Shown: positions 19,271 to 20,000 of the stretch, piece after piece
How the letters are laid out: every line of letters starts with the position of its first letter
Numbering within the stretch: position 1 is the stretch's first letter
NCBI RefSeq assembly: GCF_004010195.1
Contig: NC_057719.1
Span: 17,957,136-17,977,135, forward strand
Reading direction: 5' to 3'
DNA length: 20,000 nt
Source of the DNA: Chiloscyllium plagiosum
Lineage: Eukaryota
The notes under the pieces: generated by a model
Told to the model about the DNA's origin: nothing
What the model saw: only the letters and a program-made list of their open reading frames with translations
The model's database searches: none
Program-made: the position numbers and the translations under genes

Positions 19271-20000
19271 GAACCAGTGAAATGTTCAGTGAGCTGGGCA
19301 GAAGTGAAGGCAGAGCGCAAAGCCGGTCGGGAAGGTAAGTGATTGTTATTTAAGAACTTACCTCGACGCCAACAGTCTTTTCGCATCAGAGAGCGGCGAG
19401 AGCTGGGCGGAAGAGAAGGCAGAGCACAAAGCCGGTCATGAAGGTAAGTGATTGTATTAGAGTGGGTGTGTTCTAGACCCCAGGTCCTACAAAGTAGGGC
19501 CTCCCTCCCTCCCTCCTCCTCTAACCTAAATTAAAAGTCCACAGACTTGCCCCAAAAAGAAGGTCCAAGGAAGTTCCTGTGGATTGAAGAGTGAGGCTTT
19601 AGCTCAGGAGTCTTTGACAGGAGGTTGAGTGAAGTGATTACGCCACAGTTGAAGAGGGTGAAGATATGACTGCCAAGTTGGTTCAGTGTGCTACGTGCTT
19701 GATGAGGGAGGTCAACGACTCTGATGTGTCTGGCTCTTATAAGTGTGGAAAGTGTGTGCAGAGCATATTGCAGCGCTGATGAAAGAACTCGAAGACCTTA
19801 GGCTCATCCGAGAGAACGAGATCTTTCTGGACAAGACCTTCAGTGAGGTTATTACACCAATCGTACCAGAAGAGAGCAGACGATGAGGAAGGCAGAGAGG
19901 AGACAGGTGCAAGTGACCCTGGGGGAAGTACCTGTCAGGAACAAGTTGAATCTTTTGGAAACAGTAGAGACAGATGACACTGCCAGTCCGTGAGGCGGCC
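19271..20000 (+). mobile_element. 5' end of a CR1 LINE: GC-richer 5' UTR plus disrupted ORF1; continues beyond the window
   Basis: The ATG at 19666 gives MTAKLVQCATCLMREV...YKCGKCVQ (CxxC...CxxC). After a frameshift it reads EHIAALMKELEDLRLIRENEIFLDKTFSEVITP and VPVRNKLNLLETV. This is the zinc-finger/leucine-zipper N-terminus typical of vertebrate CR1 ORF1. Confidence 0.8.
19291..19455 (+). repeat. Two 56-bp direct repeats (period 109) in the CR1 5' UTR
   Basis: GAGCTGGGC.GAAG.GAAGGCAGAGC.CAAAGCCGGTC..GAAGGTAAGTGATTGT at 19291-19346 and 19400-19455. Confidence 0.9.

Noticed and set aside
19291..19455. Repeat-spacer-repeat pattern resembling CRISPR
   Set aside because: Only two 56-bp units, in a vertebrate LINE 5' UTR, with no cas genes.

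Overview
This is non-coding, AT-rich vertebrate DNA. Its repeat content (HE1 SINEs, SacSINE1/DeuSINE, shark-type CR1, L2 and Penelope-like elements) points to a cartilaginous fish, most likely an elasmobranch; this is inferred from recalled consensus sequences, not from a search. No host protein-coding exon can be supported. The ORF-track entries I could identify are decayed transposon fragments, and the rest look like chance ORFs. A large part of the window is a nested retroelement graveyard: an L2 split by three younger insertions, a CR1 split by a rearranged Penelope-like element (PLE), and a CR1 5' end running off the right edge. The most notable signal is a family of short non-coding, self-inverted (hairpin) PLE-terminal elements carrying minimal hammerhead-ribozyme-like cores. 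Two of them are flanked by exact 15-bp target-site duplications (9049-9263, 17548-17751). Two other PLE families in the window also end in degenerate hammerhead-like motifs. The repeat-poor intervals ~1990-2830 and ~9460-13690 contain motif-dense blocks that look like conserved developmental enhancers, the best candidate being 12320-12720.
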